This document shows positions 1 to 9,233 of a DNA stretch of 64,000 nucleotides, piece after piece. The position numbers were made by a program, and so were the translations under genes. This DNA is from Methyloglobulus sp. (GTDB lineage: Bacteria; Pseudomonadota; Gammaproteobacteria; Methylococcales; Methylomonadaceae). The stretch's first letter is position 1; each line of letters opens with the position of its first letter. A model generated the notes under the pieces. It worked only from the letters and a program-made list of their open reading frames with translations, did not search any database and had not been told where the DNA came from. The stretch is from the NCBI GenBank assembly GCA_013141505.1, contig JABFQX010000011.1:3631-67630 (forward strand). The letters run 5' to 3'.

Positions 1-737
1 ATGGCATTGCCTTGCATGGCGGTTTTATTCCCTTCGGTGCTACATTTTTGATGTTCTCAGAGTATGCCCGCAATGCGTTACGCATGGCATCTTTGATGAA
101 AATTCGTTCAATTTTTGTCTATACACATGATTCTATCGGCTTAGGAGAAGATGGGCCAACCCATCAACCCGTAGAGCAGACTGCCACGTTGCGGATGATT
201 CCGAATATCCAAGTCTGGCGTCCCTGTGACGCAGTTGAAACAGCCGCTTCTTGGCGGGCGGCGATAGAGCGCAAAGATGGCCCAAGCATCTTGGTATTCT
301 CTCGGCAGAACTTGCCTCATGTTTCTCGTACAGCTGAGCAAATTAAAGCCATTTATCGTGGCGGCTATATCCTGAAAGATTGTAATGGGACACCTGATGC
401 GATCATTATTGCTACAGGTTCGGAAGTTGAGTTGGCATTAAAAGCAGCAGATGAGTTGGCGGCAAAAGGCAAAAAAATCCGTGTTGTTTCTATGCCTTCT
501 ACTAACATATTCGACTCTCAGGATGAGGCCTATCGTGAATCGGTATTGCCTTCAGCCGTCACTCAGCGCGTAGCTGTAGAAGCCGGTGTTACTGGTGGTT
601 GGTGGAAGTACGTCGGTACCAAAGGCAAGATTGTTGGAATGGATACCTTTGGCGAGTCTGCACCTGCAGGAGCGCTCTTCAAGGAGTTTGGCTTTACTGT
701 GGAAAATGTCGTTAACCATGTGGAACAAGTTCTTTAA
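1..737 (+). CDS. tkt: Transketolase, C-terminal part (5' truncated by window edge)
   Basis: Motifs YGGTF-like [41 protein letters not shown] and VVSMPS; the frame is open back to the window start (GIALHGGF). Confidence 0.97.
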   Translation, partial: GIALHGGFIPFGATFLMFSEYARNALRMASLMKIRSIFVYTHDSIGLGEDGPTHQPVEQTATLRMIPNIQVWRPCDAVETAASWRAAIERKDGPSILVFSRQNLPHVSRTAEQIKAIYRGGYILKDCNGTPDAIIIATGSEVELALKAADELAAKGKKIRVVSMPSTNIFDSQDEAYRESVLPSAVTQRVAVEAGVTGGWWKYVGTKGKIVGMDTFGESAPAGALFKEFGFTVENVVNHVEQVL

Positions 738-778
738 TCACACGTTAATAAGGCAATATCAATAACTAAATAATTCAG

Positions 779-828
779 GACAGAGTCCCTTATAGTGTTG
801 ATTAATTTAACATACTGGGACTACTGTC
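779..828 (+). promoter_or_regulatory. Long imperfect intergenic hairpin between tkt and the next gene
   Basis: gacagagtccc (779-789) pairs with gggactactgtc (817-828) with one bulge; inner agt/act and gttga/ttaac pairing; no U-tract. Confidence 0.35.
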
Positions 829-856
829 TATTAATTACGACTCATAGGTGAACAGC

Positions 857-1561
857 GTGAATAATGATAATTTGACCAAAGGTGTATTCGCAGCATTATT
901 GCTGGTTAGTACTGTGGCAAGTGCGGAAGACAAATACCCCGCCTCTGATTTTCAACCCAAAGTGGTTTATCAGGATGAGGCTGTAGCAAAGAGTGCTGAA
1001 GCTAGCGGTTCCACAACTAAATCGGCTTCAACAGCATCCAGCAGCGATTCACAATTTCCAGCGGCTGACTTTGAACCTAAAGTTGTCTTTTCGGATCCTG
1101 ATTATAAGCATACTGCATCAAGTCCAAACCCTAATGCGGGTTCTAGCTCTTCCTCATCAATGAGCGATACCACGCCATCAGGTGCGGCTGATAGTTCTGC
1201 TGCGGTAGCAACTAAAGATGAATCTTCTATGGGTTACATACTTGGTTTGGTTGTACTCGCCGCCGCCGGTTTTGTGTTGTTTAAACGCGGCGCTGGCGCT
1301 AAAACGCCAACAGCTAAAAGCAATGCACCTAGAAATCAAGGCGGACTTACCGGGGTAGCAAAATACGTGTCTCGTATCTCCGGTACTGGGGTGTCCAGAT
1401 ATTTGGAAAAAAACTCTAAGATTGCTTTATCTGCGGCAGCAAGTGCAAAATCTTCCGCAACCGGTGTTGATAAGTATCTGGCTAGTCAAGATTCTTCTGT
1501 AAGCGCGACTTCAAATAAAGGTGCTACCGGGGTTGAGAAGTATATGCGTAAAAAGGGGTAA
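857..1561 (+). CDS. Uncharacterised single-pass membrane protein with 2 periplasmic repeats and 4 cytoplasmic TGVx[KR]Y motifs
   Basis: Signal peptide (GVFAALLLVSTVASA), two repeats YPASDFQPKVVYQD and FPAADFEPKVVFSD, Ser-rich linker, TM helix YILGLVVLAAAGFVLF followed by KR, then LTGVAKYV, GTGVSRYL, ATGVDKYL, ATGVEKYM. GTG at 857 is preferred over 848 because aggtg lies 6 nt upstream. Confidence 0.85.
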   Translation: MNNDNLTKGVFAALLLVSTVASAEDKYPASDFQPKVVYQDEAVAKSAEASGSTTKSASTASSSDSQFPAADFEPKVVFSDPDYKHTASSPNPNAGSSSSSSMSDTTPSGAADSSAAVATKDESSMGYILGLVVLAAAGFVLFKRGAGAKTPTAKSNAPRNQGGLTGVAKYVSRISGTGVSRYLEKNSKIALSAAASAKSSATGVDKYLASQDSSVSATSNKGATGVEKYMRKKG

Positions 1562-1564
1562 TTG

Positions 1565-2818
1565 ATGAATCAAGAAAACTTTGGCGGGACAGTTATTCCT
1601 GCGATGGCTGGCTTTTTTTTATTTGGAAAACGAGCCAAAGTTCAGGAGATTCAAGGTGAAAAACCAAAGCAATTACCTGCGGTAATAAAAGCTGATATGG
1701 CTGGGTTGACCGGTGTTGCAAAGTATTTGATTTCGGTGCCTTTGGTGACAGGTGTCGCCAAGTATCTGAAAAAAAATGACAATCAGCCTATTTCGAGCGT
1801 CCAAAAGTACGTATTGAAGCAAATGATTGCCGAGCGAAACGCGCCATCGGTCACCGGTGTTGCCAAATATCTGGATAAAGCCGGTAAACAAATACCGGCG
1901 AGAAAAAAATCAGGTGTTGATCGATATATTACTAAACAAGAATTAGCGTCAAGAAGTATTGTTACTTTGACAGGAGTCGCAAGGTACGAGGCGGAACAAA
2001 CCCTAATCGAAAAGAGACAGGCTGCTGCCGCTATGATAAAAAAATATCGAGATGAAGAAGATGCCGCGCGGGAAGCAAAGAATATTGCACAAGCAACTTC
2101 TTTGGCATCGGCAGATGTGTCTACTCAAAATGGTGAAGCAATAGAAGCGGTATCTGCAACGCGTGTTGGAAGATATTTACAAGAACAAAATAAATTGGCA
2201 AAAAGCCAGCCCAAGGTAACGGGGGTATGTCGGTATTTAGCTAAACAAATAATTCTAGAGAGTCAAAAGCCGACGTTGAGCAAAGTTGAAAAATATTTAA
2301 GAGGGCAAGCGGTTACTTTAAAGAAAAAACCCAATCTTACGGGTGTTGCTAGATATTTATCTAAACAACATACCGAAGTAACGCCTAAAGCTAAAACAAA
2401 ACTGCTTCCAGCAAGTGGCGTAGCTCGATATCTGCAAACCCAGTCGATAGGTGATAGCAAAAAAACCGTGCTGTCCGGGGTAGCAAAGTATATGGAAAAG
2501 TTAGCTGATTTAGATGTCAGTGACAAAAATATATTGGCAATTGCTATTGAGGCTGAAATTGACGAAGCTAACGATCACATTCCAACGGCTGTGGTTGAAG
2601 AGTGTCTGGAAGGTGAATTTATTCCGGCACACTCATTTCCATCTTTATCAGGAGTTGAAAAATACCTCGATAAACAAACTGTTAGAGAAGAAAATGTTGT
2701 GGAGGAAGTCTTAACTGGTGTTTCCAGATACCTTAAACAACAGTTACAACCACTAAAACAAACACAGGCGTTGCCATTAAGAACCGGTGTCGACAAATAT
2801 CTATCAAATAGAGCCTGA
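1565..2818 (+). CDS. Uncharacterised low-complexity protein with ~15 [TS]GVx[KR]Y[LIVM] motifs
   Basis: 12 clear motif copies (e.g. LTGVAKYL, VTGVARYL-type, LSGVEKYL, RTGVDKYL) and 3 degenerate ones (ISSVQKYV, ATRVGRYL, LSKVEKYL), separated by K/Q/P-rich spacers. RBS aagggg overlaps the end of the upstream gene; ATG at 1565. Confidence 0.85.
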   Translation: MNQENFGGTVIPAMAGFFLFGKRAKVQEIQGEKPKQLPAVIKADMAGLTGVAKYLISVPLVTGVAKYLKKNDNQPISSVQKYVLKQMIAERNAPSVTGVAKYLDKAGKQIPARKKSGVDRYITKQELASRSIVTLTGVARYEAEQTLIEKRQAAAAMIKKYRDEEDAAREAKNIAQATSLASADVSTQNGEAIEAVSATRVGRYLQEQNKLAKSQPKVTGVCRYLAKQIILESQKPTLSKVEKYLRGQAVTLKKKPNLTGVARYLSKQHTEVTPKAKTKLLPASGVARYLQTQSIGDSKKTVLSGVAKYMEKLADLDVSDKNILAIAIEAEIDEANDHIPTAVVEECLEGEFIPAHSFPSLSGVEKYLDKQTVREENVVEEVLTGVSRYLKQQLQPLKQTQALPLRTGVDKYLSNRA

Positions 2819-2971
2819 TAAATTAATTACAAATGCTACAGGTTATTTTTAACATAAGGCATTGATAATATGGAATAACTAATCTAGGTAACGCCATGCG
2901 TCCTTCACTTTTAAGCGGATTTGTGGTAGTATCTGGCTCCCTAAAATTCTAACTTTTCTAAAGGTACTAAT

Positions 2972-3976
2972 ATGGCTAAGAATTTACTTGAACAACTCAG
3001 AGAAATGACTGTTGTTGTTGCTGATACCGGCGACATACAGGCCATCGAAACTTTCAAACCACAGGATGCAACAACAAATCCTTCCTTGATTACCGCTGCG
3101 GCGCAAATGCCCCAGTACCAAGGTATCGTTGATGACACATTGAAAGCTGCCAGAAATTATTTGGGAAATGATGCAACTGCCGCGCAAGTCGCTTCGTTGG
3201 CATTTGACCGATTGGCAGTTTCGTTTGGCTTGAAAATACTTGAAATTATTCCTGGTCGCGTATCAACAGAAGTTGATGCCAGACTTTCGTATGATACAGA
3301 GGCGACCATTGCTAAAGGTCGTGAGATTATAGCCCAATATGAAGCAAAAGGTATTTCCAAAAACCGCGTATTGATTAAAATTGCTTCTACCTGGGAAGGT
3401 ATACAAGCTGCGGCAGTGCTAGAAAAAGAAGGTATTCACTGTAACCTGACGTTACTGTTTGGTTTGCATCAAGCCATTGCTTGTGCTGAGAACGGTATTA
3501 CCTTGATCTCACCTTTTGTCGGTAGAATTCTCGATTGGTACAAAAAGGACACTGGACGTGAGTCTTATCCTGCGAATGAAGATCCAGGGGTCTTGTCGGT
3601 GACTGATGTTTACAATTACTACAAAAAATTTGGTTATAAAACCGAAGTCATGGGCGCAAGTTTCCGTAATATCGGCGAAATCACCGAATTAGCGGGCTGT
3701 GATTTATTGACGATTGCACCCTCCTTGTTAGCTGAATTGCAAGCTGCGACTGCTGAGTTGCCACGGAAGTTAGATCCAGCGAAAGCGACCAATGCAGATA
3801 TCCAAAAAATTACTATGGATAAGGCCACCTTTGATCGTATGCACCAAGAAAACCGGATGGCTAATGACAAGTTGGCGGAAGGTATTCTGGGCTTTGAGAA
3901 AGCATTGGAATCTTTAGAAGAGTTGCTATCCGCAAGACTGGCTAAGCTGGAACATAAAGAATCCCAACCTGCATAA
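2972..3976 (+). CDS. tal: Transaldolase
   Basis: [39 protein letters not shown] (catalytic Lys), [15 protein letters not shown]. Confidence 0.98.
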   Translation: MAKNLLEQLREMTVVVADTGDIQAIETFKPQDATTNPSLITAAAQMPQYQGIVDDTLKAARNYLGNDATAAQVASLAFDRLAVSFGLKILEIIPGRVSTEVDARLSYDTEATIAKGREIIAQYEAKGISKNRVLIKIASTWEGIQAAAVLEKEGIHCNLTLLFGLHQAIACAENGITLISPFVGRILDWYKKDTGRESYPANEDPGVLSVTDVYNYYKKFGYKTEVMGASFRNIGEITELAGCDLLTIAPSLLAELQAATAELPRKLDPAKATNADIQKITMDKATFDRMHQENRMANDKLAEGILGFEKALESLEELLSARLAKLEHKESQPA

Positions 3977-4025
3977 TAATCAATGTAGGCACTCACAAGA
4001 GCCTGTTTATTTTAACAAACACTAT

Positions 4026-4055
4026 CGCCCCGACACCCTGTGCCGGGGCGTTTTT
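4026..4055 (+). terminator. Intrinsic terminator between tal and fbaA
   Basis: cgccccgacac-cct-gtgccggggcg GC-rich stem followed by TTTTT. Confidence 0.6.
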
Positions 4056-4081
4056 ATTATTTACCTAGACGATTTAGTGAT

Positions 4082-5161
4082 ATGACACAAAAAATTTTAG
4101 ATGCCGTTAAACCCGGTGTGGTAACTGGTGCAGATGTCCAAAAAGTTTTTGCAATTTGTAAAGAAAATAGCTTTGCTTTACCTGCTGTCAATGTAATCAA
4201 TACCGATTCCATAAATGCTGTTTTAGAAGCGGCCGCAAAAGTTAAGTCTGCTGTTATCGTACAATTCTCAAATGGTGGCGCGTCATTCTATGCTGGCAAA
4301 GGCTTAAAACTTGAAGGACAACAAACTGCGATTTTAGGCGCTATTTCAGGTGCACATCATGTTCACACCATGGCTGAATACTATGGTGTGCCGGTCATTT
4401 TACACACTGACCATGCCGCAAAGAAACTGCTTCCTTGGATTGACGGTTTGTTGGATGCTGGTGAAAAACAGTTTGCTAGCACTGGCAAACCGCTATTCAG
4501 CTCCCACATGCTTGATCTATCTGAAGAGAGCTTGAAAGAAAATATTGAAATATGTGGTCAGTACCTGAAGCGTATGGCTAAGATGGACATGACGCTGGAA
4601 ATTGAATTAGGTGTCACGGGTGGTGAAGAAGATGGCGTTGACAATAGCGGCATGGATCATTCTTTGTTGTATACCCAGCCGGAAGATGTCGCATATGCCT
4701 ACGAAGAACTCAACAAAATCAGCCCTCGGTTTACCATCGCAGCTTCTTTCGGAAACGTACATGGCGTGTACTCGCCCGGAAATGTAAAACTAACCCCAAG
4801 TATCTTAGCGAATTCACAAAAGTATGTATCCGATAAATACGGTGTGCCAAAAAACACATTGAATTTTGTTTTTCATGGTGGTTCAGGTTCAAGTCCGCAA
4901 GAAATCAAAGAATCTATCAGCTACGGTGTAGTGAAGATGAATATTGATACCGACACCCAATGGGCAACTTGGGCGGGCATCATGGATTTTTACAAGAAAA
5001 ACGAAGGTTATTTGCAAGGTCAAATCGGCAATCCAGATGGTGCCGATAAGCCGAACAAAAAATTCTACGATCCTCGCGTTTGGCAACGTGCAGGCGAGGC
5101 CGGAATGGTTGCCCGTTTGGAACAGGCGTTCCAAGAGTTAAATGCTGTAAATTCACTGTAG
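4082..5161 (+). CDS. fbaA: Fructose-bisphosphate aldolase class II (type A)
   Basis: FALPAVNV, VILHTDHAAKKLLPW, FSSHMLDLSEE, GNVHGVY, FVFHGGSGS, KMNIDTD. Start taken at ATG 4082 rather than GTG 4040, which lies inside the terminator. Confidence 0.98.
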   Translation: MTQKILDAVKPGVVTGADVQKVFAICKENSFALPAVNVINTDSINAVLEAAAKVKSAVIVQFSNGGASFYAGKGLKLEGQQTAILGAISGAHHVHTMAEYYGVPVILHTDHAAKKLLPWIDGLLDAGEKQFASTGKPLFSSHMLDLSEESLKENIEICGQYLKRMAKMDMTLEIELGVTGGEEDGVDNSGMDHSLLYTQPEDVAYAYEELNKISPRFTIAASFGNVHGVYSPGNVKLTPSILANSQKYVSDKYGVPKNTLNFVFHGGSGSSPQEIKESISYGVVKMNIDTDTQWATWAGIMDFYKKNEGYLQGQIGNPDGADKPNKKFYDPRVWQRAGEAGMVARLEQAFQELNAVNSL

Positions 5162-5178
5162 TACATTTATAGGCTCAT

Positions 5179-5216
5179 AAAAAGCTGGCGCATTGGTTAT
5201 ATGCGTCGGCTTTTTT
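5179..5216 (+). terminator. Intrinsic (likely bidirectional) terminator after fbaA
   Basis: aaaaagctggcgcat...atgcgtcggctttttt stem-loop flanked by A and T tracts. Confidence 0.7.
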
Positions 5217-5242
5217 GGGAACAACACTCAAACCGTCTTGAA

Positions 5243-5264
5243 GTCATTTCTATTTCGAAATGAC
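5243..5264. repeat. Short palindrome with the same ends as the REP-like element at 55101
   Basis: gtcatttc-N6-gaaatgac; the ends match gtcatttcg...cgaaatgac of the element at 55101-55218. Confidence 0.35.
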
Positions 5265-5578
5265 TGCCCTTTTAGTTCTTCTCTAAAGGCTATTCAAACA
5301 ATAAAGCAACTAACTTCGGCATTACAGCTATGTTGTCATGCATATTTTTATGCAGTCTTTATTTAAGTACTGCCGACAAGGTTTTGTTTTTTGCAGTGCA
5401 AACGCCTGACATACACGTCGTGTCTTAGATTTTGGCATGGGGCATGGTCAATTTTACTAATAATGTAGAAAATTTTGTGACGTAGTTCTCAAACTTTAAT
5501 ATTGTTTCCATCTCCGCTACATTTAGTGGCTATGTTTAATCCTGACAAAACATACATATTACAGTCAGGATTAATCCC

Positions 5579-8185
5579 ATGAAAAATTGTTTAAAAGTGT
5601 TTGGTGCGCTATTTGTTATGTTACTTGTGACAAATGCTAACGCGTTTGACAAGATTATGCTGAATCACAAGTCTGTTTTATTTACGGCATTTGAGCAAAC
5701 CGTGCCTTTGGTAAAGACTGGCTATGTGGGGTGGAATGCGAATTGGAAATGGGCAGGGGAAAAAGTGACCCCTACCTTTCTGGGTACTGTAAATGATGTC
5801 ACTGGAAATTTTGTCGGTAAAGTCGCTAAGCTAGGCATATCTTTTACGGGTTCAGTAACGCAACCTGTTGTTCCTCAAGAAATGGTTTGGACATATGATT
5901 GGAGCTTGGCGCAAAACCATCCAAATGCAATCGGTTTCGGAATAGAATTTGATTTTAAATTGAAAACTCCGGTTTTTCCGTTGCCAGCCACGCCACCGAT
6001 CATCCTCCCGGATAATGAGGGGTGGCGTTGGAATACGCCCGATGGACAGTCAATAACAGTAAAATTTAAACCTGCTTTGGCATCAGTGAATTTTTCGTCG
6101 AAAGGGCTGGATAAGGTACGGGCATTGTTTTTTACCAAGATTAACCCAGGTATAAAACAAACAATAATGACAGTGACGGTTGATCCGCAACAGGTACTTT
6201 CTGGGCCAACCTATATGAGATACAAAGGTGTAAATGCCGATGCCTGGGATAGGAATATATTATCGGATACGGCATCGCCTATCGACTTATCTTTTTTGAA
6301 CGCCGACGAGCTGCCTGCCGGAAAACATGGCTTTTTAAGTGCAAAAGGCGATAAACTGGTGTTTAAGAGTCCGGGTAATCCAGATATTCCTGCCAAGTTT
6401 TGGGGCACTAATTTATTGGCTTACGCCCTATTTAGTACCCAGAATGACGATATAAGGGTTCATGCGAAGCGAATTGCCCAGCTTGGGTATAATTTGGTAA
6501 GAATTCATCACCATGATTCAAAATGGGTTCACCCCAGTATATTCAAGCACGTCAACGATACGCTGGTGCTTTCAGAAAAATCTTTACAAAAGCTCGATCT
6601 GTGGATTAAGGCTTTAAAAAACCACGGCGTTTATGTTTGGCTTGATTTACACGTTGGGCGGACATTTACCGTCCATGATGGTATAGATAACTTTAAAGAC
6701 GCCTCAAAAAACAAAAAAAGTGCCGAGTTAAAAGGGTTTAATTATTACAACACAAGCATTCAAGATAAGATGATGAAATTTAATGAAGATTATCTGAATC
6801 ATGTAAATCCTTATACGGGACTGGCGTATAAAAATGACCCGGCGATTGTCAGTGTGTTGATGACCAACGAAAATGATTTAACCAGGCATTTTGGCAACGC
6901 ATTACTAAAAAGAGGTGGTGCCCTTCAGCATCACGCCATTTTCAAGAAAGATGCCGTTCAATTTGCCAAGACACATCGTCTTCCAGTTAGTGAAACTTTG
7001 GCGACTTGGACTTACGGCGCGGCAAAGATCTACCTTAACGATGTAGAGCACAGGTTCAATCAGAAAATGATAAGCCACCTGGAAAATATAGGCGTACAAG
7101 TGCCTATTGTAACCACAAGTAGCTGGGGTTATATGGGGCTGTACGGGTTGCCTTCATTGACGGATGGTGGAATTATTGATGCCCATTCTTATGGCCATGC
7201 AGAAGAGTTTAGCTATAACCCAAGATACAACCCAGGGTTCCTAAGTTGGGTTGCAGCGGCTCAGGTTTCCGGCAAGCCATTGTCAGTCACTGAGTGGAAT
7301 ATGGGGCCTTTTCCTGTGATCGATAGGTATACAGCGCCTATTTTTACGGCCAGCGTGGCCAATCTGCAGGGCTGGGACGCAATGATGGGGTATGGATACA
7401 ATTTTAAAAGCCTTAGCGTCCCCGACACGACTGGCGATAATTATTCTACGTACAATGATCCGGCCATGATTGGGCTGATGCCAGCTGCGGCATTACTTTA
7501 TAGGCAGAATCATGTTTCTCAAGCGAAACAAGCCTATGAGCTGACGCTTCCGGCAAAAGATTTTTTTAATGACAATGATCCAACCAATTCAAAAACCATC
7601 AGGACATTGTTAGAAACAAGCAAATTGTCGATTGCCATGCCTGGTACGCGCGAGTTGCCTTGGTTGCAGAACAATACCCAGCCTGATGGGGTGATAAGCG
7701 TATTCGATGCAAATAGAGATTTTATTCCGCCTGATCAGAATTATGTTGAATCGGATACGCATGAATTAAAGCGAGATTGGGTTGAGGGTATTCAAACCAT
7801 CAATACCAAAAAATCCCAGATTGCTTCGGGTTATATAGGTGGCAAGCCAATTGGCTTGGACAATGTGTCGTTTAATATTGTAACAACCAGTGCTGTTGTT
7901 GCCGTACAGAGCCTTGAGGACAAGCCGATAGCCGATTCTACAAAAATTTTCATCACCGCCATGGCGCGGTCTCAGCCGATTGATTCGGCCAACAGCCTAC
8001 CGTTTTTGTCAGAGCCGATTGAAGGCATTATCATTGTTAAAGCACCGAAAAATTTAACGTTGTACCGTGTTGACAGGGATGGTGCAAAAATTGAAACAGT
8101 TGCTGCCGCCCTATACGATGAGTTGGCAGGCAGCTACACGATTGATTTAAGTGCGGCAAAGGGGCATTGGCTTATTTTGCAATAA
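5579..8185 (+). CDS. Secreted glycoside hydrolase, GH5-like (clan GH-A) with accessory beta domains
   Basis: Signal peptide; FWGTN, GYNLVRIHHHD, DLWIKALKNHGVY, HVNPYTGLAYKNDPAI, acid/base motif TNEND, nucleophile motif VTEWN. Confidence 0.75.
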   Translation: MKNCLKVFGALFVMLLVTNANAFDKIMLNHKSVLFTAFEQTVPLVKTGYVGWNANWKWAGEKVTPTFLGTVNDVTGNFVGKVAKLGISFTGSVTQPVVPQEMVWTYDWSLAQNHPNAIGFGIEFDFKLKTPVFPLPATPPIILPDNEGWRWNTPDGQSITVKFKPALASVNFSSKGLDKVRALFFTKINPGIKQTIMTVTVDPQQVLSGPTYMRYKGVNADAWDRNILSDTASPIDLSFLNADELPAGKHGFLSAKGDKLVFKSPGNPDIPAKFWGTNLLAYALFSTQNDDIRVHAKRIAQLGYNLVRIHHHDSKWVHPSIFKHVNDTLVLSEKSLQKLDLWIKALKNHGVYVWLDLHVGRTFTVHDGIDNFKDASKNKKSAELKGFNYYNTSIQDKMMKFNEDYLNHVNPYTGLAYKNDPAIVSVLMTNENDLTRHFGNALLKRGGALQHHAIFKKDAVQFAKTHRLPVSETLATWTYGAAKIYLNDVEHRFNQKMISHLENIGVQVPIVTTSSWGYMGLYGLPSLTDGGIIDAHSYGHAEEFSYNPRYNPGFLSWVAAAQVSGKPLSVTEWNMGPFPVIDRYTAPIFTASVANLQGWDAMMGYGYNFKSLSVPDTTGDNYSTYNDPAMIGLMPAAALLYRQNHVSQAKQAYELTLPAKDFFNDNDPTNSKTIRTLLETSKLSIAMPGTRELPWLQNNTQPDGVISVFDANRDFIPPDQNYVESDTHELKRDWVEGIQTINTKKSQIASGYIGGKPIGLDNVSFNIVTTSAVVAVQSLEDKPIADSTKIFITAMARSQPIDSANSLPFLSEPIEGIIIVKAPKNLTLYRVDRDGAKIETVAAALYDELAGSYTIDLSAAKGHWLILQ

Positions 8186-8319
8186 ACTGAAGGACGAGGT
8201 TTTGTAAGGTGGGCTTTTGGGGCTTACATTATCGGAAACTGACGGAAAACGGGTTAAACGCCGGTTCCGTCAGCGTCAGCCACTATAGCAATACAAAACT
8301 TCTTCAATAAAAACAGAAA

Positions 8320-8895
8320 TCAAAAATCATGGTCTTGTCCATCTACAAGTTCCGCATCCGCGTCAAAATCGAATAACACCTTCAAATAACGGTATAGCAG
8401 ACGTGATGATTTTGGTGGGTTGCCCGTTGTAGCTTCTTTTTTGATGTTGCGTAACAATTGCCTTATATGTTGTAAATCCGCGTTGGGTTGTTCATCAAAC
8501 AAGTCTGTCAATGTATCATTGCCTTCGCTAATCAGCCTGTCACGCCAACTCTCAATAATATGATGTTCCCTGACCGAATGGGCGCTCTTGTTTTGAAAAC
8601 GTGCCAATTTTTCCTGGATGGGCGTTACGTCAATTTTATGAAACTGGGCGGCGATGTATTTCAGCAGGCGTTTGCGTGCGCCAGTATGGGGCATGCCGGA
8701 AACTTCGCCGACAGCCTTGTGGATATTTTCCGGCAATTCCAGCGTGTTAAGTTGTGGCTGGGTCAGTTTCGATAGCGTTTCAGCAAGATCGAACAATGCG
8801 GCAATTTCTTTTTTTAACTGAGTTTTATTGGGGCGAACCGCATAGTACTCAACATCATCGCCAAGCTCTTCGTAGTCATCATGTTCCTTCATCAT
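8320..8895 (-). CDS. darP: Ribosome biogenesis factor DarP/YjgA (DUF615)
   Basis: PNKTQLKKE...LAETL, ARKRLLKYI, HHIIESWRDRLI, QHIRQLLRN, PPKSSRLLY match the YjgA pattern. Confidence 0.85.
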   Translation of the reverse strand: MMKEHDDYEELGDDVEYYAVRPNKTQLKKEIAALFDLAETLSKLTQPQLNTLELPENIHKAVGEVSGMPHTGARKRLLKYIAAQFHKIDVTPIQEKLARFQNKSAHSVREHHIIESWRDRLISEGNDTLTDLFDEQPNADLQHIRQLLRNIKKEATTGNPPKSSRLLYRYLKVLFDFDADAELVDGQDHDF

Positions 8896-9086
8896 GGCTT
8901 TACCATCGCAATAAGCACCAGAACAAACACGACGACCAAGGCCAATGGGATGAGTGCTCCGGGCCAGTCGGCTTGTGCCGTTTTACTTTTTTCGATTGAT
9001 GCCTTAATGCCAGGCTTCATCCAGAAAATAACCAGCAAAGCCAGTGCGCCTAATAATACGTTTTCCCAGGTTGATAAGGGTTGCAT
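8892..9086 (-). CDS. Small two-TM membrane protein
   Basis: 64 aa with two hydrophobic segments around a KASIEKSK..DWPG linker; overlaps the darP start by 4 nt, suggesting coupling. Confidence 0.7.
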   Translation of the reverse strand: MQPLSTWENVLLGALALLVIFWMKPGIKASIEKSKTAQADWPGALIPLALVVVFVLVLIAMVKP

Positions 9087-9233
9087 CGCTCATTCTCGAC
9101 AAATAATATCTACTTTATCACAGACTGTATCTTGGTAAACCATGCGTTTCTTAGTTATGGCGTTAAATGTTCAAAGTGGTGCTATCTATTGATGATCTCG
9201 CAGATTTCATTGCAGGTTAGTTGTGCAGGGCAG

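Noticed and set aside
1565-2818. Known repeat family (TPR, ankyrin, pentapeptide, choline-binding) for the TGVxKYL protein
   Set aside because: Spacing between motifs is irregular (about 5-50 aa) and spacers are unconserved, which does not fit a regular solenoid; I recognise no matching family, though a database search is needed to exclude one.
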